A stretch of 61,292 nt of DNA, the filler included. It is 8 parts of 8 records of this genome, joined end to end, with 100 filler letters (N's around TTAATTAATTAA, not from the genome) between each part and the next. Parts side by side here need not be neighbours in the genome. Positions count along the whole stretch, not along the records: positions 17,461 to 35,129 come from SRR7504441_692; positions 35,230 to 38,925 come from SRR7504441_696; 6 more parts are not named here. One strand, 5' to 3'. Of this stretch, positions 26,401-37,723 are shown piece by piece; position 1 is the first letter of the stretch; every line of letters begins with the position of its first letter. Both the position numbers and the translations under genes were made by a program. Under the pieces are notes generated by a model. It was not told the DNA's origin. It was given only the letters and a program-made list of their open reading frames with translations, and did no database searches.

Positions 26401-26857
26401 CTGCAGGCTTGCCATTTTCCGAATGTCCGCTGGCACTGCTGAAGTCGCATCTGAAAACCATGGACGAAAAGATTGCACCCAAGAGGATAGGTCGAATTGT
26501 GAAGCAAGCTTCTGGTGTACTTGCCCGATTCCGACCGACCAAGCCCAGAGATCCCAAGGGCCCAAATTCATCCAAACGCGGGAGACCTAGCCAGACATTT
26601 GTGCAGCCCTTGATTCGCCCTGGAGTGATGAGGGCTGCTCTGGGGATTCAAAATATCTATCTTGGGGATGAAGGGCCGGCCACAGCTCGAACAGCTCAGG
26701 TAGGCTTGATTATTGCTCTTACACTATCAAATCATCGTGTACTCACTCGTGTTTGCAGGAGGAATCGACATTCATCACGGCAATGAATACTGTAGACTTG
26801 CCAAGTATCTCTCAACCACAAACTGCGAGGCCGTCCTTCAATGTTCACCGTTCTTGA
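20471..26857 (+). CDS. Giant multi-EF-hand protein with two cyclic-nucleotide-binding-like domains
   Basis: EF loops DQDGGGTIDSEE, DFDHSGAVDLQE and DLDGNGLLDFAE. CNB-like YMLVVVKGHIEI..VGTILQGQALG and FGEVVVRAGQRASSVLLLAKGQLKI. Six 5' introns join ORFs 20471, 21138, 21389, 21511 and 21858; one 3' intron near 26700-26758. Confidence 0.75.
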
Positions 26858-27142
26858 TCAATCATTATCCATACTCATACTTTGGTCAGCTGATTTAGAG
26901 CGCTTGTACTTACGGTACGAGCATAGTAGTCATCGATCTCAATACTCGTGACCGCTTTCAAATATAGCTTTCAAAATTGATTTTACTCGTATACCGCTTT
27001 GTAGATCCTTCCCTAAGTGGACAGTAGTGGTACAGAAGTGGTGTGTACATGTAAAGGTAATAAACTGATTACTTGCCACACGGCACTTATCGCTCATGAT
27101 CACAGATCTAACGTATAACGGTAGATCTAACTGACGCTCATC

Positions 27143-27949
27143 ATGTCGGGAAAGGAGTGGGAGGAGCGGGGCAAGGCGACCCTGGCCAAGCTGCGGGAGG
27201 ACATGGATGGCCGGTACGGGGCCAAAGCACGGGAGGCTCGTCGTCAGGCCCGCGCCAGCAGCCCTGCGCAGCAGCGGCAGCCGGTGGCTGCGCTGTTCGG
27301 AATCTCGGGCGCCGACCCGGACGACACCACGGCCAGCCCGACTAGAGTCCGACGGACCATGCGGTCGCAGCAGCTGCTGGAGGAGTACCAGCGTGAGCAG
27401 GCCCGGGTGGTCTCTAAAGCCACGCCGGGCTTCTCGGTGGAGTGCACCCCGAGCCCGGCCCGGAGCGTGAGCCCGCCAAGGGCCGAGCGGCCGGACGAGA
27501 AGATCGAGTGCCTAGTCGACCGAGGATTCTACAACCCGTATGAGGACTCAGCGCCCGCTCCGGCCGCGCTCCAGCCGGCGCCCACCCCAGCAGCGCCGGC
27601 TGAGCCGGAGAGCGAGCCTCTGGTGAGCAACTACGGCTGGCTGTCTGCGCCGGCTAGTACGCACGTGGTGCCAGTGGCCAGACCGGTGGCGCCGATGGTG
27701 CCGATGGTGCCGGTGATCCCGGTGGTCGAGGCGATGGAGGCCGGCTATCCAGCTGGCAGTCAAGCGTACCAGGCGTATGCTGACAGCCCAGCGAATTACG
27801 ATCCTGGCACAGGCGCACCGGTGCTGCCGGCTGCATGGCGCTCGCAGGCACCGGTGGGCTCATTTCATAGCTTGGTGGGCATCGAGCGCGACCTCAACCT
27901 GCTCCAGAGCTCGCGGGCGGTCGACCGGAGATGGCAGGCATACTATTAG
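27143..27949 (+). CDS. Hypothetical Pro/Ala-rich protein
   Basis: 268-aa ATG-TAG ORF between AT-rich intergenic flanks; no recognisable domain. Confidence 0.65.
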   Translation: MSGKEWEERGKATLAKLREDMDGRYGAKAREARRQARASSPAQQRQPVAALFGISGADPDDTTASPTRVRRTMRSQQLLEEYQREQARVVSKATPGFSVECTPSPARSVSPPRAERPDEKIECLVDRGFYNPYEDSAPAPAALQPAPTPAAPAEPESEPLVSNYGWLSAPASTHVVPVARPVAPMVPMVPVIPVVEAMEAGYPAGSQAYQAYADSPANYDPGTGAPVLPAAWRSQAPVGSFHSLVGIERDLNLLQSSRAVDRRWQAYY

Positions 27950-28077
27950 CTGGCCAACGTTTGTGGCTTAGTTGGATCGAGGTGTAAAATACGTATACAG
28001 TAGCTCGACTCGAATTTAATGCATGACTCCACGCCGCTTCCGTCCAGTCGGGTCAGTTCTATCGTCCTAGTCGTTAA

Positions 28078-28722
28078 TTAAAGCGTGTCGGCCTTCATCG
28101 GCTCTAGCCCTCTGTCTGCCGGGCTGTGCCTCCTGCCCTCCACCGGCCTCCAGCCCGCGGGTGCCTCCACCTGCCCTTGCTCCAGCCGCCCCGCCCAAAG
28201 CCGCACCGCCCCCACCGGCGGCGGTGGCTGGGCTGGCGCCCCCACCACCAAATCCAGCTCCAGCCTCTCCTCCTGCCCAGCGTTCCACCCCGGCACCCGC
28301 AGCCGGGCGCCTCCTCGGTCGCGGCGGTGCAGCAGAACAGCGCGCATCCGGCCACGCTCACCCCGGCGAAGATCAGCTGGCTGCCGGTGAGCGGCTCCGG
28401 CGGGCCGGGCACCGTGAGCAGGCTGGCCGAGTAGACCCCCGCCGTCAGGTCGTGGTGCGCGAAAGCCAGCCACATGGCGAAGCTGGCCAGCGCGAGCAGC
28501 CCGAACAGGATGGTCAGCCGGCGCTGCCCCCCGCTCGGCCGCGGCCGGTGCTCGGGGCGCCGTGAACTGCCGGTCGGCCAGGCAGGCGCAGCACCGGTCC
28601 GGTGGGTCCGCCAGCGGCTGCCCGACCACTGGCGGACCAAATTGTGGCGGAACAGCCGCCGGCTCGGCCATAGGCGGGACAGCCGCCGGCTCGGCCAAAG
28701 GCGGGGCAGCCGGCTCGGCCAT
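28078..28722 (-). CDS. Small two-TM protein with N-terminal AEPAA(V)PP repeats, multi-exon
   Basis: Spliced reading CCACLADRQFT|RRLTILFGLLALASFAMW..LIFAGVSVAGCALFCC; three near-identical short repeats at 28645-28722. Confidence 0.55.
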   Translation of the reverse strand: MAEPAAPPLAEPAAVPPMAEPAAVPPQFGPPVVGQPLADPPDRCCACLADRQFTAPRAPAAAERGAAPADHPVRAARAGQLRHVAGFRAPRPDGGGLLGQPAHGARPAGAAHRQPADLRRGERGRMRAVLLHRRDRGGARLRVPGWNAGQEERLELDLVVGAPAQPPPPVGAVRLWAGRLEQGQVEAPAGWRPVEGRRHSPADRGLEPMKADTL

Positions 28723-29159
28723 AGGCGTGTCTTTTGTCCGTTATTACCGTCGCTGGGCCCTAACCCTGGCCCGCGTCTTGCGGACTCTTGGGGGTGAGTC
28801 AGTTGGCAGCGAGTTCATAGAGATAGTCCCCCAGGTCGGAGCCGCGGTGACGGCTTTTGTCGCCGTGGCCTGCCTGGATCACGGGCTTCTGGGGTCGGGC
28901 TAGACGTTTGACACCCCGTCTGGTGGCAAGCGGTCGCGGACTATTTGGCGCAGCATCTGATAGCTCCCCCTTGTGCATTCTGATGGCGTCGCGGCAGTTC
29001 AGACGTGTGTCCCTTGCCAGCGTTGCCTTGTGGAGGACCCCAGCGCCCTCTTGGTGGCGACAAGGCCACTCAAGACTTGTCGCTCTAGATTCTGGATGCC
29101 CAGCTCGAGCAGCTCAGAGCCTTGATCATGATTTTGAGCAACAACAACAAACCGAAATC

Positions 29160-30841
29160 ATGGTGAGTAGCAGTTTGCGCGGAGGGCTTAGCTGGGCGGG
29201 CGCAGGAGTACCTGGAGCTGGCCGAGGCAATCCGGCCGAGCAAGTGGAACAAGCTGCGCGGGGTGCTCAAGGGCTCCGGTGCGCTCCGGGGTATCCTCAA
29301 CAAGCGGCCGGGGTACGGTGCGACCGACGACCACTCCGAGATCGAGCTCAAGCCGATCGACCCGGAGGCCGCCGAGCCGGCCGAGCAGGCGGCCTCGGCA
29401 CGGTCTAAAGGGATGAAGCAGCTGTTCTCGTTGCTCAAGCTGGCGCTCCCGGTGGCGCTGGGGATGGCCGCCCAGAAGTTCATGATGAACACCACCTCAG
29501 CCGTGGTGGCCAGGCTCGGGTCCAAGATCCTGGCCGGGGTGGTGCTCGGGGTGGCGCTCACCGACATGTGCGGCGACCTGATCTACGGGCTGCTCGCCCC
29601 GCTCTGCTCGCTGGTGTCCGAGGCGATCGGGTCCGGGCAGGGCCGGATGGCCGGGCATTGGCTCCAGCTCACCTTCCTGATCGTGGCGGTGCTCTCCACC
29701 CCGATCGTGCTGCTCTTCTGGTTTGGCACCGGCCCGATCGTGTCGCACCTGACCCCGGACCCGGACGTCGTGGAGGTGGCCATTGAGGTAAATCACTTGC
29801 TGATCCCGGGGCTGTGCACGCTTTGGCTGTACACGGCGATGCGGCTCTACGTGCACGGGCTCAAGCTGGTGACCGGCACCACGATCGCCGGGCTGGCCGC
29901 CGTGTTCTGCAACATCCTGATGGTGCACGTGCTGGTGGAGGGGGTACCTGCCATAGGGTTTGGAGGTATCGGGATCGCAGGCGCCGCTTGGGCGATCAAC
30001 ATCTCGTTCGTGGTGCAGTTTGCCGTGTGCTATGTGTGCACTTTCATGTGCTCCGAGCAGTTTGCGCAGTACGACGCGTGGCAGGGCTGGGACAGCGAGG
30101 CGTTCGGGATGGACCGGATCGTCACTTTCAGCAAGCTGGGCGTGCCTCTGGCGGTGGCTGGCTGCGCGGAGGCATGGGGGAATCGGCTTCTGACCATGGC
30201 CAGCGGGATGCTCGGGCCGACTGCCACCGCGGCGTACAACATCGGCACCGTGTACCGCGGGATGTTGCTCTCTATCTTCTCCGGGTTCGGGGTGGCCATT
30301 CAGGTGCAGGTAGCAGAGAAGCTGGGCAGAGCCAAGCCCGAGGGCGCCCGGCTGGCCTTTGGGGCGGTCCACTTGTTCGTGGTGGCCCTGTGCGCGGCGA
30401 TGACTTTCGGCACATTCGTGTGCCGGACGCAGATTGCCAAGATGTATGCGGATGTGCGTAGATTTGGCCGGCTGGCGTGAGGCTTGTGTGCTGCAGGAGG
30501 AGGAGCTGGTGACCACCATATCCGAGCTGCTCCCGCTGGTGTGCATCGACTTCGTCTTCTCCACCTTCGCCTCCACCTTCAAGCACACGCTGATAGGGCT
30601 GGCGCAAGCCAAGACGGTGGTGAGGGCCCAGATGTTCTCGACCTGGCTGGTCCAGCTGCCTCTGTCGGTCCACCTCGGGTTGTATTCGAACTGGACTTCC
30701 GGCGTGTTCGGGTTTGTGTGGGGCAGCGCATGCGCCAACGCGGTCTGCTGTGCGCTGTTCGGATATGCGCTCTTTTCTGCCGATTGGCAGCAACTGAGTG
30801 ATGAGGCTGTGCAACGCTCTCGGCTTGGCAGCAAAGCGTAG
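29160..30841 (+). CDS. MATE-family transporter
   Basis: LLKLALPV, RLGSKILAG, LVSEAIG, GIAGAAWA, KLGVP..EAW, VAEKLGRAKPEGAR. ATG-only first exon (intron 29163-29205); second intron near 30454-30496. Confidence 0.88.
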
Positions 30842-30951
30842 TCTTAAACGACTTTTGTTGCTTGGACGGTACTTGCTCATGATTAATACAATCATGATTG
30901 TATGTACTCGTACAATTAAACTATAATTTAATAATCGTAATAATCATGATC

Positions 30952-33118
30952 TCATAACAAGTGGTGGGTGATGTCGCTCAAAATCTCTTCAATAGCAGCA
31001 TGAGCATCGGGCAACCAGCCGCCTAGGCTCCAAAACCCATGCGGCAACGTCCAAAACACTTTGAGACTCGCCGACGCGCCGGCATTGACCAGCGTTTCAC
31101 GGAAATCCACGGCGTCATCTAGCAGGATGTCCAAGCCTCCGGCATAGATGAGCGTCCTGGGGAACATCTTGAGCACCTCGGGGTCGGCAAACACGGGCGA
31201 AAGGCCCGGGTCCCGAATGTCCCTCTTCCCACAATACGCGTCCGCGCAAGAACTGACGATGCCATACGCGAGCATCGGGTCACAAAAGTTGAGCACGCGC
31301 GAAGGCGAGGGCGACATTGACAGATTGCATGTCGGATAGCCAAGCACCAGCGCGTCCGGCTGGGGCATGTCCGGGCTGACCACCAGCCGGAGCATCATGC
31401 TGGTCAGGATGTTGCCGCCGGCGCTCTCACCCACCAGCAACAGCTTGGACGGGCGGAACCCAAGGCCTCCGTGCACCAGCCAGCGGTAGTAGCACTCCAT
31501 GTGGTCCACAGGCTGCGGGTAGGGGCAGTCGGGCGCCAGTCCGTACTCCGGCACCACAAACACCGCCCCGGACTCCTGGACCGCCCGCCCGATGAACGGG
31601 AAGTCCATGGTCAGCAGGCTCACACAAAATCCGCCCCCGTGACAGTAGAGCACCGCAGGCGGCCCAACCGGCAGCGATCGCTCTGCTGTGAGTGGAGCCT
31701 CGTCCGACCCAGCGGCCAGGTATTGAAGGTGCGGCGGCAGCGGAGGCGGGGCCGAGCGCACGTTGATGTGCGGCGAGCGCGGCTCGGGCGAGAAGACGTA
31801 CCCGTTCACCCCGAGCAGGCTGGTCCGGGCGAGCACCCGGACCGGCATCATCCGGATCATCAGCCACCGGATCAGCGGGTTGCTCAGCAGCTGAGACCCC
31901 GATTTGACTAGTCCTGCCAGGCCCGCTCACCGGCCGGCCGGTCGGGGGCGCACCGATGTCGATCTTGGCCCGCACCCCGGTCGCGTAGCTCGCTGTCTTC
32001 CGCGGCCCGCTCGCGAGGAAGTACGCCACCATCACAGGCGTGAGAGCCGCCGCCATCAGCCGGTTGCCGGCCGCAAGCGCCCAGGCCACGCCGCAGCCGG
32101 CGAAGAGTGTGTTGATCCCCCACTTGAGCAGGCAGATCCTCGTGTTGGCCTCCCAGAGCGGCAGGTACGGGTAGGTCGGGTACGGCACCTTCTCCAGACT
32201 CTCCCGGGTGATAGACTTGTGCGACGAGTCTCCGGTGCTCGGCTCGGCCACCAGCGAGAGTGAGTCGGCCGTGCAGCGCAGCTTGGCTTCCTGCACCGCG
32301 TCCATCACCAGCGTGAACAGCCGCGAGAGCAGCTGCAGCTGCGCGGTGCACGCCCGAATCCGCGACATCCGGAGCCAGCGCGTCCACCAGCGCCAGACCG
32401 CTAGCCCCGCGATGCACAGCCATACCCGCCGAAGCAGCCCGGGCGGGAGCGGGAGCGTTGCACGGAACATGGACCACTGGCCCCAAGCGTCAGTCGCCCG
32501 CCTCACCAGACTCCTGCTCAGCCGCCACGGCCCATTCGCGAGCACTAGCCCCGTGAGCCCCACCCCGACCACAGCCCGGGCCGCGTCCTTGTAAGAGGCA
32601 TACAGGATCTGCGACTCCACTTCGCTCACTGTCCGGTGGGTCTGCCGGAGCGCCACACGCAGGTTCTCGAGCAGCGCCCGCGCCCCGCCGCTGAGCAGCG
32701 ACGTGTGGATGTCGTTGGACTGGGTGGCCTGGGCTAGCGCGCCCTGGAGTTGGCAGCCGTCGGCCACCGCCCCGGCCAGCCCGGCGATCGACTTGAGGCT
32801 GCGCAGCCCGCTTCGCTTCCGGACCAGCGCCGTGCTCACGAAGTTGAACAGCTGGCGCTCAAGCACGGCTAGGGTCATGGACAGGTCGCGCATGTCGTGC
32901 GGCGCGTTGATCCCGGTGGTTTTGGCGATGGCCGTCTTGATGGTCAGGATACACTCGGAGCACACCGAGTCGAGCGCGTCCAGCAGGTCGGTCTCCTCCG
33001 GGCGGACTGGGCTGCTCCCGAGCGCCAGGGCCACCCGGCGCCGGCTCCGGTTCCGCCGGCTCAGGCTCTCCTGTAGCGACGGCGTCATTTGCAGCGACGG
33101 CGAGCTCATCCCGCTCAT
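30952..33118 (-). CDS. Hormone-sensitive-lipase-family alpha/beta hydrolase with long N-terminal extension
   Basis: HGGGF, YGLAP, GESAGGN, SPSR, DILLDD, LPHGF; one 40-nt intron joins ORFs 31427-33118 and 30952-31860. Confidence 0.88.
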
Positions 33119-33228
33119 CGCGTCTTGGACTTTGATTCGACTGATGAATAGAGTCTAATAACGGACAAGCACCGCCTACAGTCGTAGCGCGGATTGTCGA
33201 TCGAGGCCGCCGACGTACGAACCGCGGT

Positions 33229-34404
33229 ATGGTGCTCCTTGCAGCTCTGCTCCTGAGCACTGCCTCGTTGGCCACGGCCAAAGTCCCGCTCCTGAACAGC
33301 TCGTCATCAAAGGAACTTTGGTCTTTCCCTGTCATTAACGGAGGCACGCCCATTCTGAACAGCAAGCAGAACATCCTTTTCTTCACTGGGGCGGACATGA
33401 AGACGAACGTCAATCACGGGACGATGTACGCGCTCGATGCGCTTTCCGGCCAAGTACTTTGGAGCCTCGATTCCGGCGACATGGTGTACTCAAAGCCGAC
33501 CCTCAACGAGGCCGAGGACACCGTCTACTTTGGATCATACAACAAGAAGCTGTACGCGCTGAACGCCCAGACTGGGGCGACGAGGTGGGTCTTCGTCGCC
33601 TCGGACAAGGGCAGCCCAACCGGCGCTGCGTTCCGAGGGTGCCAGCCTATTGTGCACGGCGGCGCGGTATTCGCCCACAGCTGGAACGGGCTCGTCTACA
33701 GCCTTCAGGCCGACACGGGAAAGATGAACTGGCAGTTCGACTCGCACTGGCCGCCCAGCGGCTTCTCGCTTGCGCTTTTTGCAGACGCCTCTCTCCTCTA
33801 CGTGGCAGGCGGCGAGTACCTATTTGCCCTAGATGCCGCCTCTGGTGCGCTGCGGTGGAAGTACCTCTTGCCGCAGGGTTCGCGCGGGAAGGGCAGCACA
33901 ATTCAAGGGCGCCCCGCCGTCGCCCAGGCAGGCACGGTGTGCGTCGCGCACTCTGGAACTGGGATCGACGTCCAGCCCGGGCTCAAGGGCATCGACGGCG
34001 AAACAGGCGCCCTTCTTTGGGAGGTCACCACTTCGAGTTGGCCGCCCCGGGGTGGCCCCACCCTCTCGAGTGACGGCGGTGTGGCCTTTGCCGCGCTTGA
34101 AAATTCGGTCTGGGCTCTTAACACTACATCCGGAACCAAGATCTGGGCCTCGCCCAACACAAAGGAGAAGATTTCGAGCGAGACGGTCATTGGCCCGAAC
34201 CGCGGCACGGTCTTTGTTGGCACACTGGACGAGCATATCGTCGGATTTGCGACGCAGACGGGAGCACAGGCGAGTGACTACCAGCCGCCCTGGTTCAAGC
34301 AAAAGTCCAAGATCACCACGGGCGAGGTCACAGACACACACGCATTTTACGTAACGTCTGGGGTGACTCTTCAAACCGATCTTCTGCATTGCATTAGTCT
34401 TTAG
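33229..34404 (+). CDS. Secreted PQQ-like (BamB-type) beta-propeller protein, intronless
   Basis: Signal peptide; repeated LYAL[DN]AxTGxxxW blades. Confidence 0.85.
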   Translation: MVLLAALLLSTASLATAKVPLLNSSSSKELWSFPVINGGTPILNSKQNILFFTGADMKTNVNHGTMYALDALSGQVLWSLDSGDMVYSKPTLNEAEDTVYFGSYNKKLYALNAQTGATRWVFVASDKGSPTGAAFRGCQPIVHGGAVFAHSWNGLVYSLQADTGKMNWQFDSHWPPSGFSLALFADASLLYVAGGEYLFALDAASGALRWKYLLPQGSRGKGSTIQGRPAVAQAGTVCVAHSGTGIDVQPGLKGIDGETGALLWEVTTSSWPPRGGPTLSSDGGVAFAALENSVWALNTTSGTKIWASPNTKEKISSETVIGPNRGTVFVGTLDEHIVGFATQTGAQASDYQPPWFKQKSKITTGEVTDTHAFYVTSGVTLQTDLLHCISL

Positions 34405-34507
34405 GCTTTGCTTAAAAAAATCGCTTTGCTACACGTACCTCGTACGCGTTGATCTCGCAGTATACACGTCGACACGTATAATACATATTGCTTCAGTTTG
34501 TTCTTTA

Positions 34508-35071
34508 TTGGGCCAGCCCACCCAATGCGACCAGGCGCATGCCAGGCCTCGAAACTTGCCTGTGTTTGCCGGAGTGATTGGCGTGCTGATGTGTAACGAT
34601 GATTTGCATGTGGCTCAAAAGATGCAACGAGCGGGCCTCAAGCCGCTCAATCTCAAGGAACGGGAGCTACTGTGCGCCCTGGCCACCTTGCACCTCCCGT
34701 GGCTGCACTGCAAGCCTGCCGCTCTACCACAGAGCCTAATCCAGGCACTCAGCCGCCAATTCAGCCACCTGGAACTTGTTCATTTTTCGCTCAACGGGGC
34801 CGACGATGTCGTCAAGTACCGCAAATGGCGCTTCAAAGGGCACCAGATTGCGTTCGGCCGGAGTGGGTACACCCAGATCATGATCGAGAGGGCGCTCGAG
34901 GCAGGCACGGACTTGGACGAGGGCGTGTTCGTTGTAGGCCCGGAGTTGCCCGAATTCTCTTCTACTGAGGCGAGGAATGCAATCACTGCGGGCGACGAGG
35001 AAGCGGCGGCCTTACTCCTCGACCCGGGTGTGATAGCATGGCACCAAAAACGCAAGTTTTTGTACTATTAA
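34508..35071 (+). CDS. NMNAT/cytidylyltransferase-like C-terminal part; apparently 5'-truncated, possible pseudogene
   Basis: ERELLC, NGAD, GRSG and SSTEARNAI..LLDPGVIAW resemble HIGH-family nucleotidyltransferases. No HxGH motif; first in-frame ATG only at 34589. Confidence 0.5.
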   Translation: MGQPTQCDQAHARPRNLPVFAGVIGVLMCNDDLHVAQKMQRAGLKPLNLKERELLCALATLHLPWLHCKPAALPQSLIQALSRQFSHLELVHFSLNGADDVVKYRKWRFKGHQIAFGRSGYTQIMIERALEAGTDLDEGVFVVGPELPEFSSTEARNAITAGDEEAAALLLDPGVIAWHQKRKFLYY

Positions 35072-35229
35072 AGCACTTGTAACATTTGGATACAATTGTG
35101 TGTACTAGTAATCAATCTCCTATAGCGCGNNNNNNNNNNNNNNNNNNNNNNNNNNNNNNNNNNNNNNNNNNNNTTAATTAATTAANNNNNNNNNNNNNNN
35201 NNNNNNNNNNNNNNNNNNNNNNNNNNNNN

Positions 35230-36012
35230 CGGGGCCCGCATCTCCCATCTGCTCCGGGCTCTGCTCTCCCCTGGAGACGATTACACCGAAGTATTGGCTA
35301 CAGGCACAGCCTTTCGTGGTTGCTTTCCGGGTTGCCAGGCCCTGGAGCATACCAACCGTGAACAGCCCTCCAGCACGGCGCTGCACCGAGCTTTGGCCTT
35401 GCGTTTCCTGGCTGGCGCCTGGCTGGCCTCGACCTGCACCGGCGACTGTGTGCTCTGGGCCGGGCCGACGGCGCCGCCATCCTCAGTCTGGCCCGCTGTC
35501 CGGAGTGGTCAGTCCGACCCCCCCCCCTCCCGCACCGGGCCTGCTCGTCAGAAGCTGCCGGACCAGCAGCTCGGTCCAGCCGGCCCGGCCCGGTCCGTCC
35601 TGGGGCAGCTCGAACTGGTAAGGGTCGGCGCCGTCCTGGTCGGCCGCCCGCACCAGCAGAGAGCCGCCCGTCTGCCCCCGGCTCAGGGCTCCCCCGGCCG
35701 GCCGGCCACCCGCTCGGCGAGCCAGTCGGCCGATCTGAGGGCGGCGGCCAGCTCGGCGGTGAACCCGGGCCAGTCGGCCACGTCACCGCCGTAAAGGTCC
35801 CGGTGGATGCCATCCAGCCGGCTGCGGCTCAGTCGGGCCGCCCAGTGCGCCTCGGCGCTGAAGTTGAGCAGGGCGAGCTGGAGGCAGTCCGACCCCTCCG
35901 ACCCCGGGTCTCCGAGCACAGGCCCCGCGTACAGCAGCGCCTCGTGCTCGCCTTCCCGCACGAACCGGTACACTGGTGCTCCAAACAGCTCGACCAACCC
36001 GGAGCTTGCCAT
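35230..36012 (-). CDS. Hypothetical multi-exon protein; XRCC4/XLF/PAXX/SAS-6-like head domain (tentative)
   Basis: LQLALLNFSAEAHWAARLSRSRLDGIH..FTAELAAAL..YQFEL pattern followed by a disordered basic tail; 3' end uncertain. Confidence 0.35.
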
Positions 36013-36198
36013 AGTCAACGGAATTTTCGCAGCTTCATTCGAGCAGGAGCCGGGCTGGAAGGCGGGGCTCGGGGCGCGCGCGGGTAGTAAGCGAGGCTAG
36101 TTGAGGGGCCGAGGGGGCGCTGGGCTCGCGTGCTGAGAGTTGGCCGAACGCGGCCTGGTGCGGCTCGGGAGATCTGAACCGGGCGGGAGGCGGACGCG

Positions 36199-37279
36199 AT
36201 GAACAACCGGCTGAGCGAGTTCCGGAAGCTGATGCGGGAGGAGAAGAACGAGTACAAAGAGGCGGGCAAGCCGGTGCTGACCGTGCACACGGGCGGGGAC
36301 ACGGAGGATGTGGTGGTGGACGTGGACGGCCAGCCGAAGGAGGGGTTCGATAACGAGGACCTGGAGGTGTTTTACGGGCTCATCTCTCAGATCAAACTCA
36401 ACTGCTACAAGCTGCGCCAGAAGACCAAGGACTACGAGACGGGCGCGGAGACGGCGCTGGCGGTGATGGGCCGGGACAAGATCACAAAGAAGCAGGAGGC
36501 GCTCAATCAGATCCAGGAGGAGGCCGCGTCAGTCATCCACAGCACCAAGGACGTGTTTGATAAAATCAACGACATGTGCCAGGAGCGTAGCATTGACATG
36601 TCGCCCGAAAAGCTCGACGACCCGAACATGGATTTTGACCGGCCCGAGGACAGGATGATTGTGTCGGCCAAGGTCGCGGCCTCGAAGAATTGGTACGATG
36701 CAGTCCAGGAGTACACAGAGTGCGACATGCGCTTCTCAAAGCAGTTCCGAGAGCTGTACAAGCGGCAGTACAAGGAGCTCAACGGCAAGGATCCGACCGA
36801 CGAGGAGCTGGACGAGAAGGCCGGCCGCCGGGCTGATGTGTTTGAGGCAGAGTATGAGGAGGTGAGCCGGCGGCCAGCGCGCTGCTGACTGGGCACCAGG
36901 CAATGGAGTCGCTGGCGGATAAGCGATTTGCGCAGAGCACGTATTTCAATGCGCGGCACAAGGAGGAGCTGGTGAACCAGATCTATGAGGCCCAGCTCGA
37001 GAATCGGGAGCTCTGGGCAAGCCTCGGGCTGGCGATTGAACACCACGGCGAAATCCTAAACAATATATACGCCAACGTCGAAAAGGCGTCGGCGTATGTG
37101 CAGGACGGGAACAAGAATCTGGCAGAGGTCACCGCTTGGCCTGCGAATCGCTGACTTGTGGTCGTGCACAGGTTTCAAGCTTGAAATCCTCGTCAAACAA
37201 GTGCCGCTGTTTTGTTCTGATGGGCCTGGTGGCTATCGCTGCAGCCGTTATTATTCCTGTCATAATGGCTACTGGGTAA
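36199..37279 (+). CDS. Syntaxin (Qa-SNARE)
   Basis: MNNRLSEF N-peptide, Habc-like helices, SNARE motif ARHKE..GEILNNIYANVEKASAYV, C-terminal TM. Introns 36862-36899 and near 37128-37171. Confidence 0.85.
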
Positions 37280-37723
37280 TCCATCGGCCCGATTGCGATG
37301 ACTATGTCCTCACGAGTGTGCTTTCATTGCCGATATTTAGTGTGTCAGAGTAGGTACCGGTCGCATTATTTTCAAGACAATTGTCATTGAACAATTCTTA
37401 AGCTTTTTGGGGGCCCGTCCGGGCCCGTGTTATCTAGCTATCGCCGCATACGTCTTCAAAGGATGTTATTTGAAATTTTGAATGCGGCGAAACGCTCACT
37501 CGTCCTCGTACGAGCATGAAGACTAATGAAATACTAATTAACTTTACGACTTTATTGTTATTTAGCCCGAGCATGATTCGCGCGGCCCTATCGACCGGTA
37601 GTACTCAATAGTACCGGTCAAGAAAGCGTGCCCCACATGGCCTGTTGAGGCCTGACGCCTGCGCCAGGCCTGAGCGGCGCGGTTTAAAGCACCTCTCCTG
37701 GTTACGAACGACAGTTCCACAAC

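Noticed and set aside
28758-28767. CCCTAACCCT as a telomere
   Set aside because: Fewer than two units, internal and isolated.
29497-30834. Long antisense ORFs (this 445-aa one and many like it)
   Set aside because: Shadows of G/C-ending codon bias opposite real genes; Arg/Pro/Gly-rich with no motifs.
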